From an uncultured Chryseobacterium sp. (GTDB taxonomy: Bacteria; Bacteroidota; Bacteroidia; Flavobacteriales_F; PHOS-HE28), in NCBI GenBank assembly GCA_964649165.1, contig CAZYPC010000007.1, positions 10,557 through 74,556 on the forward strand: a DNA stretch of 64,000 nucleotides, given 5' to 3'. A model generated the notes under the pieces. That model was given only the letters and a program-made list of their open reading frames with translations, was not told where the DNA came from and made no database searches. Position numbers and translations under genes: made by a program. Position 1 is the stretch's first letter; every line of letters begins with the position of its first letter. Positions 45,638-53,168 of the stretch are shown one piece after another.

Positions 45638-45696
45638 GCGTTCGAGGTCCGGGGTTCGAGGTTCAAGACCGGTCTTGAACCTCGAATCCCGAACGC
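45638..45696. repeat. Extended palindrome (32-bp perfect core, 40 bp with one mismatch, plus a 7-bp outer stem)
   Basis: Core TTCGAGGTTCAAGACC|GGTCTTGAACCTCGAA at 45655..45686. Arms extend to 45651..45690 with one G/A mismatch. Outer pair GCGTTCG (45638..45644) / CGAACGC (45690..45696). The left flank also repeats GTTCGAGGT directly. Confidence 0.85.
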
Positions 45697-45706
45697 GATC
45701 CCCCGA

Positions 45707-45714
45707 TACATTCG
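45707..45714 (+). promoter_or_regulatory. Candidate -7 box TACATTCG upstream of hbd
   Basis: 6 nt upstream of ATG 45721, which would imply a near-leaderless transcript. Confidence 0.25.
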
Positions 45715-45720
45715 CCGACC

Positions 45721-46611
45721 ATGAAAGTATCCGTCATCGGTGCCGGCCAGATGGGCAACGGCATCGCCCACGTCTTCGCCCAGAGCGGGCATGCTGTCAC
45801 CCTCATCGACATCGCGCAGGACCGGCTGGACAAGGCGCTGGCGACCATCGGCAAGAACCTGGACCGGCAGGTGACGAAGGGCACGTTGACCGAGGACCAG
45901 AAGAAAAGCGCGCTGGGCAACATCGCCACGGCAACGGACATGGCCGTCGGTGTGAAGAACGCTGAACTCGTCGTGGAGGCCGCGACCGAGAACATCGACT
46001 TGAAGCTGAAGATCTTCAAGGACATCGATGCGAGTGCCCCAGCCGGCTGCATCCTGGCCACGAACACGAGCAGCATCAGCATCACGCGGATTGCGGCCGT
46101 TACCGGTCGTCCGGATCAGGTGATCGGCATGCACTTCATGAACCCCGTACCGGTGATGAAGCTGGTGGAGGTGATCCGCGGCTACAATACCAGCGACGCG
46201 GTGACGAAGACCGTGATGGACCTGAGCACGGCCATCGGCAAGACTCCCGTGGAAGTGAACGACTACGCGGGTTTCGTGGCGAACCGGATCCTCATGCCCA
46301 TGATCAACGAAGCGATCGAGACGCTCTTCCAAGGCGTGGGCGGCGTGGCGGAGATCGACACGGTGATGAAGCTGGGCATGGCCCATCCCATGGGCCCGCT
46401 GCAACTCGCTGATTTCATCGGGCTGGATACCTGTCTGGCCATAATGCGCGTGCTGCAAGAAGGCTTCGGCAACCCGAAATACGCTCCCTGCCCCCTGCTC
46501 GTGCAGATGGTGACAGCGGGCAAGATGGGCGTAAAGAGCGGCGAAGGTTTCTACGTGTACACAGCGGGCAGCAAGGACCTGGTGGTGGCCCCGGCGTTCT
46601 CGCGCGCATGA
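45721..46611 (+). CDS. hbd: 3-hydroxybutyryl-CoA dehydrogenase (3-hydroxyacyl-CoA dehydrogenase family)
   Basis: MKVSVIGAGQMGNGIA Rossmann motif. Conserved NTSS and HFMNP motifs. Confidence 0.9.
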   Translation: MKVSVIGAGQMGNGIAHVFAQSGHAVTLIDIAQDRLDKALATIGKNLDRQVTKGTLTEDQKKSALGNIATATDMAVGVKNAELVVEAATENIDLKLKIFKDIDASAPAGCILATNTSSISITRIAAVTGRPDQVIGMHFMNPVPVMKLVEVIRGYNTSDAVTKTVMDLSTAIGKTPVEVNDYAGFVANRILMPMINEAIETLFQGVGGVAEIDTVMKLGMAHPMGPLQLADFIGLDTCLAIMRVLQEGFGNPKYAPCPLLVQMVTAGKMGVKSGEGFYVYTAGSKDLVVAPAFSRA

Positions 46612-47102
46612 TCCGCCCGGCCGGCACCGAGGACATCCCCGCGATCCGGTCCATCGCGCAGGAAACGTGGCCGCACGCCTACTACCCCGCCATCCTTTCC
46701 GCCGAGCAGCTCGAATACATGCTACAACTGCTCTATAGCGAGCAGGCGCTCAACGAGGCGATGACGAAAAAGAACCAGCACTTCTTCGTGCTCGAAATGG
46801 ACGGCACGCCGGTGGGTTTCGCCAGTTGCACACCGCATCACGCACGGAGCACGGTGACACACCTGAACAAGCTCTACGTACGGCCGTCGGTCCAGGGAAC
46901 GGGCGCGGGGCATGAACTCCTGGCGCATGTGATCGCGTATGCAGGAGAGCAGCATGACAAGCTCGTGGAGCTGAACGTGAACAAGCGCAACAAGGCCATC
47001 GACTTTTATGAGCGCCATGGTTTTCGCATCGCGCGCGAGGAGGTCATCGACATCGGGCACGGCTATGTGATGGATGACTACGTGATGTCCCGCGTGATCT
47101 GA
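46608..47102 (+). CDS. GNAT family N-acetyltransferase
   Basis: 164 aa. Acetyl-CoA binding motif VRPSVQGTGAGHELL. ATGA overlap with the hbd stop. Confidence 0.85.
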   Translation: MIRPAGTEDIPAIRSIAQETWPHAYYPAILSAEQLEYMLQLLYSEQALNEAMTKKNQHFFVLEMDGTPVGFASCTPHHARSTVTHLNKLYVRPSVQGTGAGHELLAHVIAYAGEQHDKLVELNVNKRNKAIDFYERHGFRIAREEVIDIGHGYVMDDYVMSRVI

Positions 47103-47176
47103 ACGCCATCGACGGTACTTTTTCCCCGTCGGCCGCGTTCATCGCGGCGATACGTTTCCATCCCCGTTGGGCCGCG

Positions 47177-47530
47177 TTGACGGCGCTCCTGTTCGCCATT
47201 GAACTGTTCATCGCGCTCTATGTGCGCGACGGGTTCGTGCGGCCGTATCTCGGTGACGTGCTCGTGGTGATGCTGTTGTTCTTCGCCGTTTCCGCCGTGG
47301 TGGCCGCACGCCCGGTGCCTCTTGCCCTTGGCGTGCTGCTGTTCGCGTGCCTGGTGGAACTCACGCAAGCGGTCGGAGTCATCCATCGCCTGGGATGGGA
47401 GGACCACAGGTGGGCCCGTCTGGTGTTGGGCAACACCTTCCAATGGGGCGACCTGCTTTGCTACGGGGCGGGTGCGGTGCTCGCGCTCGCTGTGGAGCGT
47501 TTGGCGCAACGAAGGCCTCAGGGAAGTTGA
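47177..47530 (+). CDS. DUF2809-like small membrane protein
   Basis: FVRPYLGDVLVVMLLFF and GNTFQWGDLLCYGAG resemble DUF2809. The track start is TTG, so the start is uncertain. Confidence 0.55.
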   Translation: MTALLFAIELFIALYVRDGFVRPYLGDVLVVMLLFFAVSAVVAARPVPLALGVLLFACLVELTQAVGVIHRLGWEDHRWARLVLGNTFQWGDLLCYGAGAVLALAVERLAQRRPQGS

Positions 47531-48213
47531 CTCGTGGGCGAGTGCTCCAGCCCATATCGCTTGTAGAGCCGCTCCTTGCGCTTCTCCAGCCGGGCGATGG
47601 CCTTCTCCGTTCTCGGGGGCCTTGGCGTACACGTCAGCTCGCGGTTCTCGATGCGGCGCACGATGCTCTCCACCAGTGCATCGTCGCCATAAGGGTCGTA
47701 GTCCGACTTCAGATCGTTGCCGAAGAGCTTCGCCACACCCTGCCAGACCCAGGCCTCGAAGGAGCCACGTAGCTGCTTCACCAGGTCGTAGCTCGTATGC
47801 CCGGTCTCCCGGTCGATCAGCTTGATGAGCAACCGGCCCTGGCTCTGGGTCATGTTCTTGAGCTCCTCGCTGAACTCGGCCTTCAGTTCCGCCTCGGCGA
47901 GCTTCAGGTAGAGGTTACGGTCGCTCTCCTTCTGGATGGAAGCGAGGTCGTGGTCGTACTGGTCGAGCAGCTTGGCGGTAGTGAGCGCGTACGGGAACAC
48001 CTTCTGCACGTTCCGGGTGAGCTTGTCGATGCGCGCGGCCTGTCGGCGGGTCTTGGCGCTCATGGTGGCTTCCACGAGCACATCGGGCAACTCGTACATC
48101 GGCACGGTATCCTCCCCGGTGATCACCACCGGCGTCAACTCACCTTCTTGGGCCGAAGCCGAAAAGGCGGCCGCAGCGAGCAGGGTGAGCAGCGTGTGCT
48201 TGAGAGAGGACAT
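47518..48213 (-). CDS. DUF4294-like secreted protein
   Basis: Signal MSSLKHTLLTLLAAAAFSASAQ. ELPDVLVEA...KVFPYA...LIKLIDRETGHTSYDLVKQLRG fits the Bacteroidota DUF4294 pattern as I recall it. Confidence 0.65.
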   Translation of the reverse strand: MSSLKHTLLTLLAAAAFSASAQEGELTPVVITGEDTVPMYELPDVLVEATMSAKTRRQAARIDKLTRNVQKVFPYALTTAKLLDQYDHDLASIQKESDRNLYLKLAEAELKAEFSEELKNMTQSQGRLLIKLIDRETGHTSYDLVKQLRGSFEAWVWQGVAKLFGNDLKSDYDPYGDDALVESIVRRIENRELTCTPRPPRTEKAIARLEKRKERLYKRYGLEHSPTSQLP

Positions 48214-48281
48214 GTCCGCCGTTGTTCCGAGACCGAAGTTAGCAACGCGCGTACCGGGCGCGCATTGCCCTGTTCAACGGC

Positions 48282-49784
48282 TCAGCGGCGGTTCAGTTTC
48301 CAAGCGGACAATTGCCCGTTCCCAGCGGCCACTGGCGCGGGTCTGCGACCGGTCTCGGCGGCCAGGTGCCCGGCTACCAGGGCGGCCACGGCCATCTCCT
48401 CGCCATCGGTGCCCAGCAGGAATTCCGGCTTGAAATGGTCCCGGACGAAGTGCGTGTCGTACTTCCCGCTCTGGAAGGCCGGATGCCCCATGGTGAACCG
48501 GCAGAACGGCAGGGTGGTCTCCACCCCGGCGATGGCATAGTCATCAATGGCCCGCTCCATGCGCCCGATGGCCTCCGCGCGCGTGGCCCCATGGGTGATG
48601 AGCTTGGCGATCATCGGGTCGTAGTGGATGGGGATGGTCATGCCCTCCTCGAAGCCATCATCCACCCGCACGCCCGGTCCTTGCGGCGGCCGATAGGTGG
48701 TGAGCGTGCCGATGTCCGGCAGGAAATTGTTCGCGGGGTCCTCCGCATATACCCGGATCTCGATCGCGTGCCCGTTGATCTTCAGGTCCTCCTGCTTCAT
48801 GGGGAGCTGCTCCCCTTCCGCCACGCGGATCTGCAGTTTCACCAGGTCCAGCCCGGTGATCATCTCCGTGACGGGGTGTTCCACCTGGAGACGCGTGTTC
48901 ATCTCCATGAAGTAGAAATTGTTCTTCTCGTCCAGCAGGAATTCCACGGTGCCCGCCCCGGTGTAGTCCACGCTCTTCGCCACGGCGACAGCGGCCTCCC
49001 CCATGCGCTTGCGCAATTCGGGCGTGAGCACGGCGGAAGGCGCTTCTTCCACGACCTTCTGATGCCGTCGTTGCACGCTGCATTCACGCTCGAACAGATA
49101 GAGCGTGTTACCATGCGTATCGGCCATCACTTGCACTTCAATGTGCCGTGGACCGGCCACGTACTTCTCGATGAACACACTGCCGTCACCGAAGGCGTTC
49201 TGCGCTTCGCTGATGGCGCGCTCCAGACCTTCCTTCAACTCACTCTCTTCGTTCACGATGCGCATGCCCTTGCCGCCACCGCCGGCCGCGGCTTTGATGA
49301 GGATGGGGAACGTGATCGTCTTGGCGACCTTCATCGCTTGTTCCAACCTGCTTACCGCGCCTTCGGTTCCGGGCACTAGCGGAACCCCGTGGTTCTTCAC
49401 GGCCTCCTTCGCTGCGAGCTTGTCGCCCATCACCTTCATGGCATGGGGTGAAGGCCCGACGAACGTGACACCGGCCTTCTCCAAGGCACGGCAGAAGTCG
49501 CCGTTCTCGCTGAGGAAGCCGTAGCCGGGGTGGACGGCGTCCACCTTCAGGTCCGTACACACCTTGATGATCTTGTCGAACACGAGGTAGCTCTCCTTGC
49601 TGGGTGCCGGGCCGATACAAACGGCCTCATCGGCGAAGCGCACGAACGGCGCATGGCGATCGGCCTCGCTGTACACGGCCACGGTACTGATGCCCATCTC
49701 CTTGGCGGAGCGCATCACGCGCAGGGCGATCTCGCCGCGATTGGCGACGAGGAGCTTTTGGATCCTTTTCTTGGTGATGGACAT
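48282..49784 (-). CDS. accC: Biotin carboxylase subunit of acetyl-CoA (acyl-CoA) carboxylase
   Basis: KLLVANRGEIALRVMR. ATP-grasp motifs GGGGKGMR and EMNTRLQVEHPVTE. 500 aa. Confidence 0.9.
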   Translation of the reverse strand: MSITKKRIQKLLVANRGEIALRVMRSAKEMGISTVAVYSEADRHAPFVRFADEAVCIGPAPSKESYLVFDKIIKVCTDLKVDAVHPGYGFLSENGDFCRALEKAGVTFVGPSPHAMKVMGDKLAAKEAVKNHGVPLVPGTEGAVSRLEQAMKVAKTITFPILIKAAAGGGGKGMRIVNEESELKEGLERAISEAQNAFGDGSVFIEKYVAGPRHIEVQVMADTHGNTLYLFERECSVQRRHQKVVEEAPSAVLTPELRKRMGEAAVAVAKSVDYTGAGTVEFLLDEKNNFYFMEMNTRLQVEHPVTEMITGLDLVKLQIRVAEGEQLPMKQEDLKINGHAIEIRVYAEDPANNFLPDIGTLTTYRPPQGPGVRVDDGFEEGMTIPIHYDPMIAKLITHGATRAEAIGRMERAIDDYAIAGVETTLPFCRFTMGHPAFQSGKYDTHFVRDHFKPEFLLGTDGEEMAVAALVAGHLAAETGRRPAPVAAGNGQLSAWKLNRR

Positions 49785-49797
49785 GCTGCGATGAACG

Positions 49798-50253
49798 TTA
49801 CTGCGGACCGCGACGATGTTGTTCGATCAAGTACCGCACGGTGATATTGTCCAACACCATGCGCGCATCCTTCTTGGACAAACCCTTGGACAAGCGGCGG
49901 TCACCTGACCAGATCTGGCAGTCGAAGAACAAGGCCAACGCGACATAGGGAGCGTCTTTCGGATCGACATCCCCGGTCAGTTCCTTCGCTTTGGTCAGGT
50001 ACCGTTCAGGCACACCATGAGCGGCGTGGAATTCGACACGTTCCAGCAGGAGCCCCTCAAGTTCGGCCACATCGGCCACACTACGCTTCATCAGCTTCGC
50101 GATGCGGGTCCGGTGCTTGGCGAGTTCATTCCGCAGATGGTCCGGTGCGGTGAACACGATATCGGTATCGGCTTCGAGCCAAGTGCGGGCCGATGCCCCG
50201 TCGAGCTTGGTCATGATGCTGATGACGATGTTGGCGTCAACGACGATGCGCAC
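49798..50253 (-). CDS. PIN domain toxin (type II TA, VapC-like)
   Basis: GTG start, then RIVVDANIVIS (first acidic residue of the PIN fold), later DAPYVALA and SGD. 151 aa. Overlaps the upstream small ORF by 17 nt. Confidence 0.8.
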   Translation of the reverse strand: MRIVVDANIVISIMTKLDGASARTWLEADTDIVFTAPDHLRNELAKHRTRIAKLMKRSVADVAELEGLLLERVEFHAAHGVPERYLTKAKELTGDVDPKDAPYVALALFFDCQIWSGDRRLSKGLSKKDARMVLDNITVRYLIEQHRRGPQ

Positions 50254-50458
50254 CCTGGAACAGCTTCTTGTGCTTCTTCCAATAGCCCTCGTCGATCCTG
50301 TCCGCCAGGGCGTCCACCTCTTTCCTGTTCACCCGCGCGGCCCCATCGGTCAGTTCAAGATAGCGGATGTATGCTGTGAGCGCCCGCATCGATGAAGGGG
50401 CCAGTTCCCTGTCCAAGGTAATGACGGGCCGGTCGTCTTTGCTGCGGGTGAACGTCAT
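50237..50458 (-). CDS. Putative cognate antitoxin of the PIN toxin
   Basis: 73-aa ORF immediately upstream of, and overlapping, the PIN gene. No fold recognised, so the call rests on position only. Confidence 0.5.
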   Translation of the reverse strand: MTFTRSKDDRPVITLDRELAPSSMRALTAYIRYLELTDGAARVNRKEVDALADRIDEGYWKKHKKLFQGAHRR

Positions 50459-50510
50459 GGCTTGGCGAAGATAGACCGCTCAGGTTGAAGAACATCTTTC
50501 GCACAAGCGA

Positions 50511-51047
50511 TCACAACAGCCGCCAGCGCTTGCCCAGTTTGTAGCGCTTGCTGTCCGCATTGGTGAGCATGTGGCCACCGAAATACACGGCAAGTCCCCC
50601 ACCGATGGCGATGCCGGCACCGATCCTTGATGTATCGTGGTCTCCGAAGAGGAACAGCAGGCTTCCGGCGAGCACCACGGCGCAGGTGGCTTTGTTCACC
50701 TTTTCATCGCGGCGGTCCATGCGCTGGTCGAAGGCCACGCAATCCCCGGCCGTCTTCAAGCGGCAATAGGTGATCTCGCGGATCCCGGTGCGCGGCACGG
50801 AGACGAGCGTGTCCACGAGGAAGCGCCCTTGATAACGCTTCATGCGCATGGTGAGATGCCCGGCGTCCCACGAGGCGAGCGAACCGAAGAGCCAGAGGCT
50901 GTCCGAGCGCACGTCGAGCAGGCGCGCGGGTTCGAGAAGCACGGTGTCCTGGCGGCGCATGTCGAGCAGGTGTAGTCCGTCCTGCGCGTTAGCGGGCGAA
51001 CAACAGAGCAGGATCCCGATGAGAAAAACGCGACAAGGCGTCAGCAT
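50511..51047 (-). CDS. Hypothetical signal-peptide protein with C-terminal TM segments
   Basis: MLTPCRVFLIGILLCCSPANAQ signal. Gly/Ala-rich hydrophobic C-terminus (VVLAGSLLFLFG, IGAGIAIGGGLAVYFGG). Confidence 0.6.
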   Translation of the reverse strand: MLTPCRVFLIGILLCCSPANAQDGLHLLDMRRQDTVLLEPARLLDVRSDSLWLFGSLASWDAGHLTMRMKRYQGRFLVDTLVSVPRTGIREITYCRLKTAGDCVAFDQRMDRRDEKVNKATCAVVLAGSLLFLFGDHDTSRIGAGIAIGGGLAVYFGGHMLTNADSKRYKLGKRWRLL

Positions 51048-51107
51048 CGGGATGCAAGGTAGCGGACCGTTCTTGCATTCCCCGGCACGCGCTTGCGTAA
51101 CCGCGGA

Positions 51108-51788
51108 TCAACGTGAGAGTCCCCAAAAGGCCGCGAGCACTTTCTCCAGCGCAGCCATGTCCACGCCTTCGAAGGGATGGCGCGTGTCCCGGAGCACTTC
51201 CACCTCCGCATGTCGCAGGCCACTGGCGAAGACGCGCGTATGGTGCGGCACGGCCGTGTTGTCGCCATCACCCACGCAGAGGAGCACCCGGCAACCGATA
51301 CGCGAGCAGACCTCGGGCGTGAGCAAGGGTGCCGCAGCGAGGTCGCTCATCGCTTGGGCCACCGCCGCCACCAGCGCACGCCACTTCTGTTCCCCGTGCG
51401 CATCGATGAGCTTTTGCGCGAAGGCCGGCACCTTGGCGAGCATCGCTTCGGGGTCGAGCATGCGCAGTTCTTTCTGCAGGCCCTCTTCCGTCCAGAGGTA
51501 CTTGGTGCCGAGCGTGACCACCGTGCGCACCCGTGCGGGATGTTTCGCCGCGAAGAGCAGCGCCGCGTAGCCACCCATGCTGTACCCGAAGAGGTCGGCC
51601 TGCTGCCAGCCCTGCTCTTCATAGGCCCGTTCGATGTCGGCGACGAACCGATCGAATCGGAGACCTTCTGTCGGCAGTTCACGCGACCCATGGCCGGCCA
51701 GATCGATGGCCACGCCGCCCATGCGATCTTTCAGGGGGGCGAGCTGGGCACTGCTGCCGAGGGCGCCGTGCAAAAGCAGCAGGCTCAT
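51108..51788 (-). CDS. Alpha/beta-fold hydrolase
   Basis: LLLHGALGS oxyanion region, GYSMGG nucleophile elbow, distal D and H (DTRHP). Its ATG overlaps the RelE stop (ATGA at 51785..51788). Confidence 0.85.
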   Translation of the reverse strand: MSLLLLHGALGSSAQLAPLKDRMGGVAIDLAGHGSRELPTEGLRFDRFVADIERAYEEQGWQQADLFGYSMGGYAALLFAAKHPARVRTVVTLGTKYLWTEEGLQKELRMLDPEAMLAKVPAFAQKLIDAHGEQKWRALVAAVAQAMSDLAAAPLLTPEVCSRIGCRVLLCVGDGDNTAVPHHTRVFASGLRHAEVEVLRDTRHPFEGVDMAALEKVLAAFWGLSR

Positions 51789-52042
51789 CGGTAGATATCG
51801 CCTCGATGTCCGATGCGACGAACATCCACGACATGTATGGCATCATCGATCGCGTAGATCACCCGGTAATCGCCGACCCGGATCCTCCACAGTTCTTCAT
51901 TTCCTCGAAGTTTATTGCAGCCTGGGGGCCGTGGTTCTTCGCCTAATCCATCGATCGCGGCGGCAACACGGATGCTCGCAGAACTCGGCAGCTCCCGCAG
52001 GGCCTTCACAGCGGGCCTGGAAAGGATCAGGCGATAGCTCAC
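51785..52042 (-). CDS. RelE/ParE family type II toxin
   Basis: 85 aa. LWRIRVGDYRVIYAIDDAIHVVDVRRIGHRGDIY is a textbook RelE/ParE C-terminal pattern. GTG start overlaps the antitoxin stop (GTGA). Confidence 0.85.
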   Translation of the reverse strand: MSYRLILSRPAVKALRELPSSASIRVAAAIDGLGEEPRPPGCNKLRGNEELWRIRVGDYRVIYAIDDAIHVVDVRRIGHRGDIYR

Positions 52043-52233
52043 AGCTTGCCTTCGGCCTTGAGCATCTTCTTCACCTCCTCCCAGTCGTATTTCTCGTCGT
52101 CCTTGGCATCCTCGGCCAGGATGATATCCACAAGATCCTCCAGCAGTTCATCGTTGGGATCCACCTCATCCACGGCGATCTGAATGACCCGCTTGTTGCT
52201 GGCCTCGTCGAGGAAAACACGAACGCCTTTCAT
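52039..52233 (-). CDS. Putative antitoxin of the RelE/ParE toxin (acidic, 64 aa)
   Basis: The track start 52242 is GTG. ATG 52233 gives MKGVRVFLDE..., the same length and N-terminus as its paralog at 52942..53136. Upstream position with a 4-nt overlap with the toxin. Confidence 0.65.
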   Translation of the reverse strand: MKGVRVFLDEASNKRVIQIAVDEVDPNDELLEDLVDIILAEDAKDDEKYDWEEVKKMLKAEGKL

Positions 52234-52253
52234 TTCTCGCACGATTGGAAGTT

Positions 52254-52261
52254 CAAATGTA
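52254..52261 (-). promoter_or_regulatory. Exact -7 box TACATTTG for the antitoxin-RelE-hydrolase unit
   Basis: The minus strand reads TACATTTG, ending 20 nt upstream of ATG 52233. Confidence 0.45.
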
Positions 52262-52358
52262 CGCGCTTGCCACAGCCCCCCCGTTCCTGCCCGCGGTCAG
52301 CCTCATCTGGTAGCTTGGCCCCCTGATCATCGCCCGGAAGAACGCACCGCACCACATC

Positions 52359-52859
52359 ATGGTTCTGCGAAAGGCCGAACGCTCCGAACTGCCGGGGATC
52401 TGGACGATCATCCAGCACGCCATCGAGCAGCGAAGGCTGGACGGCAGCCGCCAATGGCAGGATGGTTACCCGAACCCGGGTACGTTGGAAACCGACCTCG
52501 AGCAAGGCTATGCCTACGTCCTGGAAGAGAACGGCGAGATCCTGCTCTATGCCGCCGTCATTTTTGAACCGGAGCCGGCCTACGAAGCCATCGAAGGCAA
52601 GTGGCTGACGAATGGTCCCTACCTGGTGCTGCACCGTGTGGCCGCCTCACTGAAAGCTGCCGGGCGCAACATCGGCACGGTGTTCTTCCGGATGACCGAG
52701 GATCTCTGCCGGGAACGGGGCGTTCCGAGCATCAAGGTGGACACCAACTTCGACAACAAGCCGATGCTGCGGATCCTGGAGAAGTTGGGCTACACGTATT
52801 GCGGTGAGGTGTACTTCCGGGGAAGCGCGCGAAGGGCGTATGAGAAGGTGGTTGGTTGA
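52359..52859 (+). CDS. GNAT family N-acetyltransferase
   Basis: 166 aa. GNAT-like core HRVAASLKAAGRNIGTVFF and C-terminal LEKLGYTYCGEV. Confidence 0.8.
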   Translation: MVLRKAERSELPGIWTIIQHAIEQRRLDGSRQWQDGYPNPGTLETDLEQGYAYVLEENGEILLYAAVIFEPEPAYEAIEGKWLTNGPYLVLHRVAASLKAAGRNIGTVFFRMTEDLCRERGVPSIKVDTNFDNKPMLRILEKLGYTYCGEVYFRGSARRAYEKVVG

Positions 52860-52892
52860 TCAGAAGATCAGATATTGAGATGATCAGATGAT
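52858..52892. repeat. 8-bp tandem repeat (GATCAGAW, about 4.4 units) containing three GATC sites
   Basis: GATCAGAA GATCAGAT ATTGAGAT GATCAGAT GAT. Begins inside the GNAT stop codon and lies downstream of the orphan antitoxin. Confidence 0.7.
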
Positions 52893-52941
52893 GGCCGCCG
52901 TGTCCGTCTGCGCTCATCAACAATGTCACGAGGGCCAGCCG

Positions 52942-53136
52942 TCAGAACTTGCCCGCCTTCTTGAGCATTAGTTTGGCCTTGGCCCAAGGGATCATCTGAT
53001 CGTGCTTGCGGTTCTCCGCGACGATCAGGCTCAACGCATCAGCCAACTCATCCGGCTTGCGTTCGATGATGTCCATATCGATCTGCACGATCCGCTTCTT
53101 GCGGGTCTCGTCGTCCAGCACGCCCACTCCTTTCAT
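52942..53136 (-). CDS. Orphan antitoxin-like protein (paralog of 52039..52233)
   Basis: 64 aa. MKGVGVLDDETRKKRIVQIDMD... aligns end to end with the RelE-linked antitoxin (MKGV, KR(V/I)(I/V)QI, ...W...K.MLK..GK). No toxin ORF follows it. Confidence 0.6.
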   Translation of the reverse strand: MKGVGVLDDETRKKRIVQIDMDIIERKPDELADALSLIVAENRKHDQMIPWAKAKLMLKKAGKF

Positions 53137-53168
53137 GGCCTGTGTCTTCGGCCAAAGATAGCCTCGGC

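Noticed and set aside
45651-45690. tRNA or tRNA fragment suggested by GGTTCGAGG and TCGAATCCC strings
   Set aside because: The strings are the two arms of a palindrome. There is no acceptor stem, anticodon arm or cloverleaf, and the T-loop-like match is coincidental.
52860-52941. Degenerate toxin gene downstream of the orphan antitoxin
   Set aside because: Only 82 bp are available. The single ORF starting here (52732..52929, minus) is antisense to the GNAT gene and shows no similarity to the RelE sequence.
49785-53168. A mobile element (integrative island or transposon) carrying the TA genes
   Set aside because: I could not find an integrase, transposase, flanking direct or inverted repeats, or a tRNA target. 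Only composition and gene content hint at accessory origin, so no mobile_element feature is reported.
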